Notes under the pieces: model-generated
What the model was told of the DNA's origin: nothing
What the model saw: the letters and a program-made list of their open reading frames with translations, nothing else
Databases searched by the model: none
Shown here: positions 18,669 to 25,452 of the stretch, in pieces
Numbering within the stretch: the first letter of the stretch is position 1
Layout of the letters: each line of letters opens with the position of its first letter
Position numbers and translations under genes: made by a program
Origin: a virus
Strand: one strand, 5' to 3'
IMG/VR virus record: IMGVR_UViG_3300010271_000013
Length of the DNA stretch: 25,452 bases

Positions 18669-19193
18669 TTAGTTCACCCCCAGTTCCTCCTTGATTTTGA
18701 GGTACTCTGATTCTGTGACACCACCCTCACCATAGACTTCATCAAGCTTTTCCAGTACATTCTTTAATGTTGTCGTCCCTTTGTCGGCGCGGGTTAACAT
18801 GATAAGTGCCTGGATGCTTTTGTCCTGGAAGTCATTCTCATGGAGAACTCCTAACTGTGTGGGTTGATTGAGTCTTTTCACCTTCACTGTGTAACTGTGG
18901 TATTCCGTACCATTCTGTGACTTTGCCTTTCCATTGTATGTGATCCAGACACCCCATCCTTCCTGTATCCTGTCAAAGTATTTCTCCAGGGCCTTGTGGC
19001 CTTTCACGTAGTATTCCCCGTCTGCTGTTTGGAGTGTCATGACTTTTAGGCTGCCGAGTTTTGTGTCTATCTCCTTGATGCCTTTGCAGATGCCACGTAT
19101 ACTTTCTCCCTCCATGGGGTTCCAGAACATTGCTGATTCGTTCAGGTCTTCCCATCCTTTATCATTCTCTAATTCCAGTAGCAGGTCATTCAA
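18669..19193 (-). CDS. hypothetical protein (174 aa)
   Basis: ORF in the operon; no motif recognised. Confidence 0.45.
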   Translation of the reverse strand: MNDLLLELENDKGWEDLNESAMFWNPMEGESIRGICKGIKEIDTKLGSLKVMTLQTADGEYYVKGHKALEKYFDRIQEGWGVWITYNGKAKSQNGTEYHSYTVKVKRLNQPTQLGVLHENDFQDKSIQALIMLTRADKGTTTLKNVLEKLDEVYGEGGVTESEYLKIKEELGVN

Positions 19194-19196
19194 TAT

Positions 19197-19454
19197 TCAC
19201 ACCCCCTTTAAGAGTTTTTTAAGCATTTCCAGCTTCCCATAAGGACTGAGTCTGAAGTATTCAGTGGGGACATTCACACCCGCCTCTCTTAGATGCTCCA
19301 GGCCCGCTTCTGCCCATGCATCCATCCTTATACGTGAAGTTTTCCTCTCAGCTATCCTCGCAGCTAACCTGGCGAGTGATAGATGGTCTCGGGGTGTCCT
19401 GGAGAACATCTCAAGGTCATGGTATTCATCCACTAATCCCATAACATCAACCAC
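19197..19454 (-). CDS. hypothetical protein (85 aa)
   Basis: ORF in the operon; no motif recognised. Confidence 0.4.
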   Translation of the reverse strand: MVDVMGLVDEYHDLEMFSRTPRDHLSLARLAARIAERKTSRIRMDAWAEAGLEHLREAGVNVPTEYFRLSPYGKLEMLKKLLKGV

Positions 19455-19571
19455 CTACAATCCAAATGTGTGGTATGGTGCAACTTCGAGTGTCTTCATA
19501 AATCCCATGAAAATAAAAAAGAGGAGGATTAGGAGGATGAGGATCACAGCCCTCATGTTCAGATCGGACAT
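19455..19571 (-). CDS. small hydrophobic protein (38 aa), below the ORF-track size cut-off
   Basis: Read by hand: MSDLNMRAVILILLILLFFIFMGFMKTLEVAPYHTFGL. Its ATG overlaps the upstream stop (TGATG) and its stop abuts the next gene. Confidence 0.3.
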   Translation of the reverse strand: MSDLNMRAVILILLILLFFIFMGFMKTLEVAPYHTFGL

Positions 19572-19705
19572 CACTCATCCCCCTCCTGCAGGTCAATCTG
19601 AAGCCATCTGATTAAATCTTCGACGGTTTTCCTGTAGCGGTTAATGTCGTCGATGTCCCTTGTTATTAGGAGGCGGTTGTAAAGTTCCTTTTTGGTTAAT
19701 GGCAT
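19571..19705 (-). CDS. small protein (44 aa), below the ORF-track size cut-off
   Basis: Read by hand: MPLTKKELYNRLLITRDIDDINRYRKTVEDLIRWLQIDLQEGDE. Fills the gap between 19709..20191 and the downstream genes. Confidence 0.3.
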   Translation of the reverse strand: MPLTKKELYNRLLITRDIDDINRYRKTVEDLIRWLQIDLQEGDE

Positions 19706-19708
19706 CAT

Positions 19709-20191
19709 TTATTCCACCTCCATTTCTCCGTAAATTATTGACCTGTAGAGTGCATTGTAGTCCTTGATTGTCTCATCATCCTCTGAGGTGATTATGTCAA
19801 GGTAGGCGAGGTAAACAATGTCTTCATCGATGATTACGTCCCCCTCTCCCTGGTGTTCCCTGAGTGCTCTGATCCATGCGAGGCTGCCTGCTGAGTGTAG
19901 AAGATCAGCTGCGAGATGTTCAAGTATTTTTCTGAATTCACGGATTGCTTCGCTGGTTAAATGGGCCTTGTTAGGGTTTCTGATACCCATGAAGTTGTCA
20001 TGTACTTGGTCTTCAAGGGCTTCTACGGGTGTTAGTATTTTCACCCGGATGCCGTCATGGTCCAGGTAGTCCTGGTATGTTTCTTCTATCTCTTCGGGGT
20101 AGCCCTTTTCAAGGGCTTCCTTGTACTTTCTCCAGGCTTCAAGCCTACTACCAAGAACAATATCTCGTGTTTTCATCTTACCACCACACAT
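19709..20191 (-). CDS. hypothetical protein (160 aa); start may be the internal ATG at 20174..20176
   Basis: First gene of the long minus-strand regulatory operon. Its start region lies inside one copy of the 24-bp direct repeat. Confidence 0.45.
   Translation of the reverse strand: MCGGKMKTRDIVLGSRLEAWRKYKEALEKGYPEEIEETYQDYLDHDGIRVKILTPVEALEDQVHDNFMGIRNPNKAHLTSEAIREFRKILEHLAADLLHSAGSLAWIRALREHQGEGDVIIDEDIVYLAYLDIITSEDDETIKDYNALYRSIIYGEMEVE
20167..20190. repeat. 24-bp direct repeat, copy 1 (GTGTTTTCATCTTACCACCACACA)
   Basis: Exact match to 20496..20519. Confidence 0.9.
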
Positions 20192-20290
20192 AATTTTATA
20201 GATAATATAGTATATATATTTTTTGGTATATTGGTGTAGTGGTTAAATATTATAAATATTTTTAAGCTATGCTCCGAAAAAATAGAAACC

Positions 20291-20464
20291 ATGAAAAGTG
20301 AAAAGGTCAACACAAGTGTCAATATCGATGCAAAAAAGTTCAAACTCTTCAAAGTCATCGCAATGCTAAAATTCGAGAAAACGCCAATTACCTCCGCATG
20401 GGAAGAAGCTATTGATTTGTTTATCGAAAAAAATAAAGAATATCTTGACGAAATTAAAGAATAG
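20291..20464 (+). CDS. small ribbon-helix-helix-like protein (57 aa), below the ORF-track size cut-off
   Basis: Read by hand: MKSEKVNTSVNIDAKKFKLFKVIAMLKFEKTPITSAWEEAIDLFIEKNKEYLDEIKE. Lies in a markedly AT-rich segment flanked by the 24-bp repeats, on the opposite strand to its neighbours. Confidence 0.4.
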   Translation: MKSEKVNTSVNIDAKKFKLFKVIAMLKFEKTPITSAWEEAIDLFIEKNKEYLDEIKE

Positions 20465-20495
20465 AGCAGTGAAACTCTTTCTTCTGCCCCCCTCG

Positions 20496-20519
20496 GTGTT
20501 TTCATCTTACCACCACACA
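20496..20519. repeat. 24-bp direct repeat, copy 2 (GTGTTTTCATCTTACCACCACACA)
   Basis: Exact match to 20167..20190. Confidence 0.9.
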
Positions 20520-20570
20520 CTAAAGGGGGGCACCTATATATAACACTACCATTAATACCTATCACATAGC

Positions 20571-20670
20571 ATCCCCCTAAGGGATGCGCATCCCCAGGGG
20601 GCCATTAGGGGATGTCACTTGGTGGGCGCCAAAAGAACTTCCTTCTAAAACCCCCTGGGGACCCCACCCT
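20571..20670. other. GC-rich palindromic non-coding segment downstream of the integrase gene; candidate attachment site
   Basis: Perfect 14-bp palindrome GGGATGCGCATCCC (20581..20594); inverted pair CCCCAGGGG (20592..20600) and CCCCTGGGG (20652..20660). Functional assignment is inference. Confidence 0.25.
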
Positions 20671-20742
20671 ATGAAAGGTTAATAAGAAAAGAATAAATAA
20701 TACCTTTAACCTTAGAGAGCCCCTGAAAACTAATCACAATCA

Positions 20743-21936
20743 TTATCTCATTCTCTTCAAAAACTCAGGATCTGAAACAATAATATTATAGATTTTCTCC
20801 GTTTTCTTCACCCACTCCCTCAACTTCTCCTGAGACTCACGCAACTCCTTAATCTCCCTCTCCTTAGCCTCCAACTCCCGCACAATCTCCCGCACCTCAT
20901 CAGACATAACACGACGCACACGTGACCTCTCCAACGTAAGAGCATGCATCCTCTTCCTATACTCCCTCTCCATGTGCCCAATATTCGCCTTGAAGTAAGC
21001 CTCAGTAACAGGATGAACCTTATGGCCAAGGCACCAATCAATCATGAGTTTATCCATCCCCTCCCTGTAGAGGATGCTCGTGAAAAGCTTCCTTAACTTA
21101 TGAGATGTGAAGCGTCGTGATCCATCATCACAGACGCCTAAACCTAGAGTGTCATTGATCCTTATGAATATCTTAACATAATAGTTCTGTGATAATCGTT
21201 TACCCTGCCAGGTTGCGAATAAGGGATCCTCTGGGCCTCCAAGGAAACCTTTCATTCGCCGATGTTTCAGGTACTCAAGGATCTTCAGGTTGGCCTCGGG
21301 GGTGGTGAAGGTCACATAGGGCATCCCCGTCTTCACGCGTCTAATCCTCCAGACACCCACAATCTCCTCATCCTGGATCTTCCTCCGCACTTCATCATAT
21401 TCAGCTCCCAGGACGCGGACTCCGAGGGCCTCCTCGTAGTCATTTATTGTGAGGCTTCTTACCTCAGCGCCTCCCATTCCACTGCTAACCTGTAGGAGGA
21501 TTATTGCCTTTTCGCGTGAGGGGACGTTGTCCACGACGTATTTTACTTCATCGAGTGATATAATGTCCTCCATTGACCCATTCATCGCCCTACTCTTGTA
21601 GGTGATCCGTGGCGGGTCTATCTCGTATTCATTGTACAGGGATTTTATCCTGGCGAGGTATATGTTGATTGTTGATGGTTTAACTCCTTTTTCTTCAAGG
21701 TATTGGATGTACTGGAGGAAGTATGTCCTGATGCTACGTTTTCTTCTCCGAACGCCACGGTCCTGTTCTTCTTCGGCTTCTTCTATGAGTTCTGTGAGCG
21801 TATTTTTACCCGTGGCTTTGAGGTAGTGTTTCAATGCTCCTTTGTATGTTTCTATCGTTCTTTTTTTTATGTTATGTGACAGGATAAAGTCCTGGAATAG
21901 TGGGTCTGTCTCGGGGAGTGGTTTTTTGGTGGGCAT
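20743..21936 (-). CDS. int: tyrosine recombinase / integrase (397 aa)
   Basis: N-terminal core-binding-like region, and a C-terminal catalytic region with HKLRKLF (H-x-x-R) and LGHKVHPVTEAYF (His and nucleophile Tyr). T-rich run after the stop on the transcribed strand. Confidence 0.8.
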   Translation of the reverse strand: MPTKKPLPETDPLFQDFILSHNIKKRTIETYKGALKHYLKATGKNTLTELIEEAEEEQDRGVRRRKRSIRTYFLQYIQYLEEKGVKPSTINIYLARIKSLYNEYEIDPPRITYKSRAMNGSMEDIISLDEVKYVVDNVPSREKAIILLQVSSGMGGAEVRSLTINDYEEALGVRVLGAEYDEVRRKIQDEEIVGVWRIRRVKTGMPYVTFTTPEANLKILEYLKHRRMKGFLGGPEDPLFATWQGKRLSQNYYVKIFIRINDTLGLGVCDDGSRRFTSHKLRKLFTSILYREGMDKLMIDWCLGHKVHPVTEAYFKANIGHMEREYRKRMHALTLERSRVRRVMSDEVREIVRELEAKEREIKELRESQEKLREWVKKTEKIYNIIVSDPEFLKRMR

Positions 21937-22161
21937 GAATAATTTCTATGGGTGCATTGTCCATAAATGTGGACTTTTATCTGAACTTTCTCATCTTAAA
22001 GGTTGATATTTTTGTCCCTATTTCCGCCACATTTGACATACAAAGCACCCATCAATGTAATACATGAACTTTTATCGACAATGCCAACCAACAATCAATT
22101 ACACATGTTCCTGCCACCTGCAAACAAACAAACGCAAACTACTTTTTCTTTTATTCCTTTT

Positions 22162-23043
22162 TTAATCTGATGTGATCACACCCCAACCAATGTGCTGGAA
22201 CCCTGCTGTGCAACATGGCACCCCCAGGGGCCTCCCCGTCTTCGTAGCGGAGACATAATCCCATATCGTCCCATCCTTGAGCTCAAACCCGCCAACTCTC
22301 AGGAGGTAGTGGCCGTACCATTTCCCGTCGTTACACTTCACCCGAACATGTTCGATTTTCACCTCGTAGCCCATCTCTTCGAGGACCTTGCTGAAGAGTT
22401 GGCAGGCGTCGGTGCAATTGATCCCCTCATCAGTCATCCTCCTCACCGCATCGTCATCACTATATTTGTCATTATAGTAGTATTTGTAGTTGCATTTTCT
22501 TGCGACCGCACCATACAGTGTCGTTGCATCCACGAAGTCCCCTATCTTCTTCAGGACTCTCTTTGTCCACTCACCCTCCAGTCGCGGTCTCTCTATGTAT
22601 ACCACCTGGGGTTCCCTTCCATACCTGTCCTTGAAATTGTTGTATCGTCTCACCATGTCCCTGAATGTTTCGAGTGGGATGGATTCCCCTCCCCCTGAGC
22701 GGATGAATATGACGCGGGGTTCCCTCTTGTTCTTCATTTTGAAGTCCTCATACCTCTTCAACATGTCCTTGAACGTTTCGAGGGGTACTGATTCCCCTCC
22801 CCCTGAGCGGATGAATATGACGCGGGGTTCCCTCTTGTTCTTCATTTTGAAGTCCTCATATCTCTTGCACATGTCTTTGAAGGTTTCTAACGATACGCTT
22901 GGGCCCCCACCTGAGTAGATGAACACTACCCTGGGTTCTCTCCCATTAACCTCCTTGAAGCGGTTGTACCTGCTTAACATGTCTTTAAATTGGGTTATGG
23001 ATACATACTCTGGAGTGTTCTTATTAATCATGTCCACCTCCAA
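22162..23043 (-). CDS. pei: pseudomurein endoisopeptidase-like lysin (293 aa): tandem wall-binding repeats plus Cys/His/Asp peptidase domain
   Basis: Three near-identical ~36-aa repeats (EPRVVFIYSGGGPSVSLETFKDMCKRYEDFKMKNKR, EPRVIFIRSGGGESVPLETFKDMLKRYEDFKMKNKR, EPRVIFIRSGGGESIPLETFRDMVRRYNNFKDRYGR). C-terminal domain has candidate triad Cys in INCTDACQLF, His in GHYLLRV, Asp in DGTIWD, the order used by transglutaminase-like Pei enzymes. Confidence 0.6.
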   Translation of the reverse strand: MEVDMINKNTPEYVSITQFKDMLSRYNRFKEVNGREPRVVFIYSGGGPSVSLETFKDMCKRYEDFKMKNKREPRVIFIRSGGGESVPLETFKDMLKRYEDFKMKNKREPRVIFIRSGGGESIPLETFRDMVRRYNNFKDRYGREPQVVYIERPRLEGEWTKRVLKKIGDFVDATTLYGAVARKCNYKYYYNDKYSDDDAVRRMTDEGINCTDACQLFSKVLEEMGYEVKIEHVRVKCNDGKWYGHYLLRVGGFELKDGTIWDYVSATKTGRPLGVPCCTAGFQHIGWGVITSD

Positions 23044-23055
23044 AAATTAGATTCA

Positions 23056-23688
23056 TTAAACTCCTCCACTACTCCCACAAGTAAATCCAAGCGTCCCACA
23101 CTTGATATATTCTTCTCCACCGAATACCTTCACCCTTACCTTGTACTCCACATCCCTATCTAGTGACCCCCAGAAGTTGTATATTACTAGGGACAAGGGG
23201 ATGGTGCCGGAGCCTAGGAACCATACCCCATAAACCTCATCATTAATTTCAGTAATCACCCCTGACCCTGCGAAGTCCTCATCTCCAGTGTATTCATTCA
23301 GGAAATGGGTCAGAGAAAGTTGCCCATCACCATCCTCTGGGATCATAACCCTAAATTCACCTGCCACTATTTCCTCACCAGGATAGGATGCCGGCCGATT
23401 CACACCATTGAAGAAGATGAAGCTATCATCCCCCCTCAGACACCTGTCATCCACGACCCCACAACCATCACACAAACAAGAGGGGCCATGCGCAACACCT
23501 CCACCATCACGTAGAGGTGAAACAAACACACGATCCCCCACCTTAAAACTTGACCTTCCACGTGCAATATCCTGCCCACGTGAGGGGTGGACAGCCACCT
23601 GACCCCCTACATTGAACTTCCCAGGACCCACACCACCATCACCCCCATCACTGATCCTCCTCAACATGAACCTGTCCCCAGGCTTCAA
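23056..23688 (-). CDS. Gly/Cys-rich hypothetical protein, possible tail fibre or spike (210 aa)
   Basis: ORF between the 447-aa tail-associated protein and the lysin; Gly-rich and Cys-rich segments. Confidence 0.4.
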   Translation of the reverse strand: MKPGDRFMLRRISDGGDGGVGPGKFNVGGQVAVHPSRGQDIARGRSSFKVGDRVFVSPLRDGGGVAHGPSCLCDGCGVVDDRCLRGDDSFIFFNGVNRPASYPGEEIVAGEFRVMIPEDGDGQLSLTHFLNEYTGDEDFAGSGVITEINDEVYGVWFLGSGTIPLSLVIYNFWGSLDRDVEYKVRVKVFGGEEYIKCGTLGFTCGSSGGV

Positions 23689-23691
23689 CCA

Positions 23692-25035
23692 TCACACCCC
23701 CTTCACAGGTTTCCCATAATTACCATAGAGTTGGCTGTAGACTGAGACAAGGACTGTACTGGTCCTTTCATTCACATCTGAGACTGTATGGATACTGCTC
23801 AGTTTCTGTTGTGACTCTATCATGTTCAGGACCGTCTCGGCGAGGTTCTTGTTCGATTCAACATCAGGGTTGTCACTAAAATCAACCCTAGTCCTGCGGC
23901 CGCCATTATCCCCCTCCCATGACACGTTCGTCACAGTGAACACCTTATCTCCTGTCTCATAGGGGAACCTTATGGATTCCCCTGGATGGAATGTTTGCAA
24001 GCCTGGCACCTCAAAACTCCCGGTTGTAATGGGGTCCTTGGTCTTCCTCAGGGCTTCCTCCAGTTTCCTCATGAGCTCATTTATACATTCCTTCATCCAT
24101 TCTTCTTCTCTTGGCTGATCTGAATACAGTCCTCCGCGGGGGCCGCCCCAACGGTACAGCCATGCCATGAAGTCCTCAGGACTCCCTTTATGTCCATGAT
24201 TCAACCAGTCCAAGTAGACCATGTACCCATGCATGTAATTCATCATATCCGCGTATCTTTTCACTTCACTAGGGGAGGGTGGTGTCTCCTCTTTATCATT
24301 TTCAGTGGGGGGTGGGTTGCAGGTGACGGTGATCCTCTCCCCAACCCTGAGACCATACTTTTCTATGCTTGCAGCATCACTCACCGAACGTGTGACTTCA
24401 CCATTGGGTCCTGTAGCACCCTCATAGTAGTTGTACACCCCTTCACTTGACTCCCTGATCTCAATGTTAATCATGTTCTCCACGGGCAGGTCGGTCACAT
24501 CCCCCTTACTGAACACTCTGAAAGTACCATATGGGTCTATATACCACCCCACATTCGCATCCTGATCATTCGCAACAGTGAAGAGCGTGTTAAGTGCTTC
24601 TACCTTACTCCTGAATTCCCCTCCATAAAAATAAGGGTCAAGGGCATTATTAGAGAACTGCACCTGGGGTATGCTCTCTGATGCGCCTATAATTATCTTG
24701 GTGTCCCTCAGGATGTTCTCAATGATCTCCCTCATGGGGAACACTCTACCCCCGCGGAGAACAGCACCAAATGCAAAGGGTTGTCTGGATAGGAGGAATG
24801 CATCATTATATCCGCCAATTGTGTATTGAAGACCATTTGCTGAGCGTGTCATGGTCACCGTCTCAGCGCGGCCAGTGAACACTTCATTATCCCTAACGAG
24901 GAACTGGATCTTATCCCCTGTCTTAAATTCTTTTTTCTCTCGTGGCCTTATTGTGACAGTGAATGATGTAGCTGCATCGTTCAGTCTTTGCTGGATATTG
25001 AAACTCACAAGTCCCTTTTCAGGCATATTCCACAT
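23692..25035 (-). CDS. putative tail-associated / baseplate protein (447 aa)
   Basis: Large ORF continuing the tail module across the window junction; no motif recognised. Confidence 0.45.
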   Translation of the reverse strand: MWNMPEKGLVSFNIQQRLNDAATSFTVTIRPREKKEFKTGDKIQFLVRDNEVFTGRAETVTMTRSANGLQYTIGGYNDAFLLSRQPFAFGAVLRGGRVFPMREIIENILRDTKIIIGASESIPQVQFSNNALDPYFYGGEFRSKVEALNTLFTVANDQDANVGWYIDPYGTFRVFSKGDVTDLPVENMINIEIRESSEGVYNYYEGATGPNGEVTRSVSDAASIEKYGLRVGERITVTCNPPPTENDKEETPPSPSEVKRYADMMNYMHGYMVYLDWLNHGHKGSPEDFMAWLYRWGGPRGGLYSDQPREEEWMKECINELMRKLEEALRKTKDPITTGSFEVPGLQTFHPGESIRFPYETGDKVFTVTNVSWEGDNGGRRTRVDFSDNPDVESNKNLAETVLNMIESQQKLSSIHTVSDVNERTSTVLVSVYSQLYGNYGKPVKGV

Positions 25036-25452
25036 CCCTGATTTTTACCTTGAGTTCACCATCATCCCTAATATCTTGAATGATCTCGCCTTCAAGGGTG
25101 AGATCATATTCAACCATCTCCCCTGTGTCAACCCGCACGTAGCAGGGGATGTATCTCATGGATGTGCTCTCATCAACCATCACCCCTACCCTGATGGGGA
25201 GTGTTGTGTGTAGGGATTTCCGTTCAGGACGCCTAACTTTTAGCGTGCAGGGGAGGGTTGCTTCCCTAAATCCTGTTATACCTACTCTGCAGGGGAGGGT
25301 TGCTTCCCTAAATCCTGTTATACCTACTCTGCAGGGGAGGGTTGCATAACCAGTTTGCTCCTGAGACCCAAATACTTCCACCTTGCAGGGGAGGGTTGCA
25401 TAACCAGTTTGCTCCTGAGACCCAAATACTTCCACCTTGCAGGGGAGGGTTG
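25019..25452 (-). CDS. repeat-containing small protein whose 5' part is encoded by the tandem array; on a closed circle it would start at ATG 143..145 (about 152 aa); could instead be a short ORF starting at ATG 25178..25180
   Basis: Minus-strand frame is open through every repeat unit (54 bp = 18 codons, 42 bp = 14 codons), giving ATLPCKVEVFGSQEQTGY and ATLPCRVGITGFRE repeats. The same frame crosses the junction to MEDVKMAD starting at 143..145, with a stop just upstream at 146..148. Confidence 0.3.
   Translation of the reverse strand, partial: TLPCKVEVFGSQEQTGYATLPCKVEVFGSQEQTGYATLPCRVGITGFREATLPCRVGITGFREATLPCTLKVRRPERKSLHTTLPIRVGVMVDESTSMRYIPCYVRVDTGEMVEYDLTLEGEIIQDIRDDGELKVKIRDVEYA
25247..25452. 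repeat. Composite tandem array: 2 x 42-bp units, then 2 x 54-bp units, then partial core; continues at 1..120
   Basis: Units at 25247..25288 and 25289..25330 (42 bp), 25331..25384 and 25385..25438 (54 bp), each starting with the core GCAGGGGAGGGTTG. Copies of each unit type are nucleotide-identical. Confidence 0.9.

Noticed and set aside
20173-20565. Minus-strand 130-aa ORF
   Set aside because: Antisense to the small plus-strand regulator gene, with a low-complexity Ile/Ser/Phe-rich product. Its start is merely the duplicated 24-bp repeat copy of the neighbouring gene's start region.
20600-20680. Possible tRNA fragment at the candidate attachment site
   Set aside because: I could not build a cloverleaf or find a T-loop consensus by eye; a tRNA search program is needed before claiming one.
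22192-22918. Plus-strand ORFs 22192..22698 and 22490..22918
   Set aside because: Antisense to the lysin gene; their internal repeats reflect the wall-binding repeats on the other strand.

Overview
The window reads as a complete, or nearly complete, tailed archaeal virus or provirus genome of about 25 kb, most likely infecting a pseudomurein-walled methanogen (Methanobacteriales). Both window ends lie inside the same tandem-repeat array and the first 120 bp equal the last 120 bp, so the element is probably circular or terminally redundant. Nearly all genes are on the minus strand in tightly overlapping operons. Reading 5' to 3' on the minus strand: tyrosine integrase (20743..21936), a block of small DNA-binding proteins (16700..20191), a palindrome-rich control region (16373..16699), terminase small and large subunits, portal, head genes and a candidate capsid protein, tail genes with a chaperone carrying a canonical -1 frameshift heptamer, a 1126-aa tape measure protein, distal tail genes, then across the window junction the repeat array, two tail-associated proteins and a pseudomurein endoisopeptidase (22162..23043). 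Only two convincing plus-strand genes exist: a multi-pass membrane protein inserted between chaperone and tape measure gene (4844..5557), and a small ribbon-helix-helix-like gene in an AT-rich cassette bracketed by 24-bp direct repeats beside the integrase (20291..20464). The gene order resembles the psiM2/psiM100 group of Methanothermobacter siphoviruses, but I cannot confirm identity without a search. No rRNA, tRNA, CRISPR array or replication enzyme was recognised. All domain calls come from reading motifs in the translations by eye; no similarity search or statistic was run.
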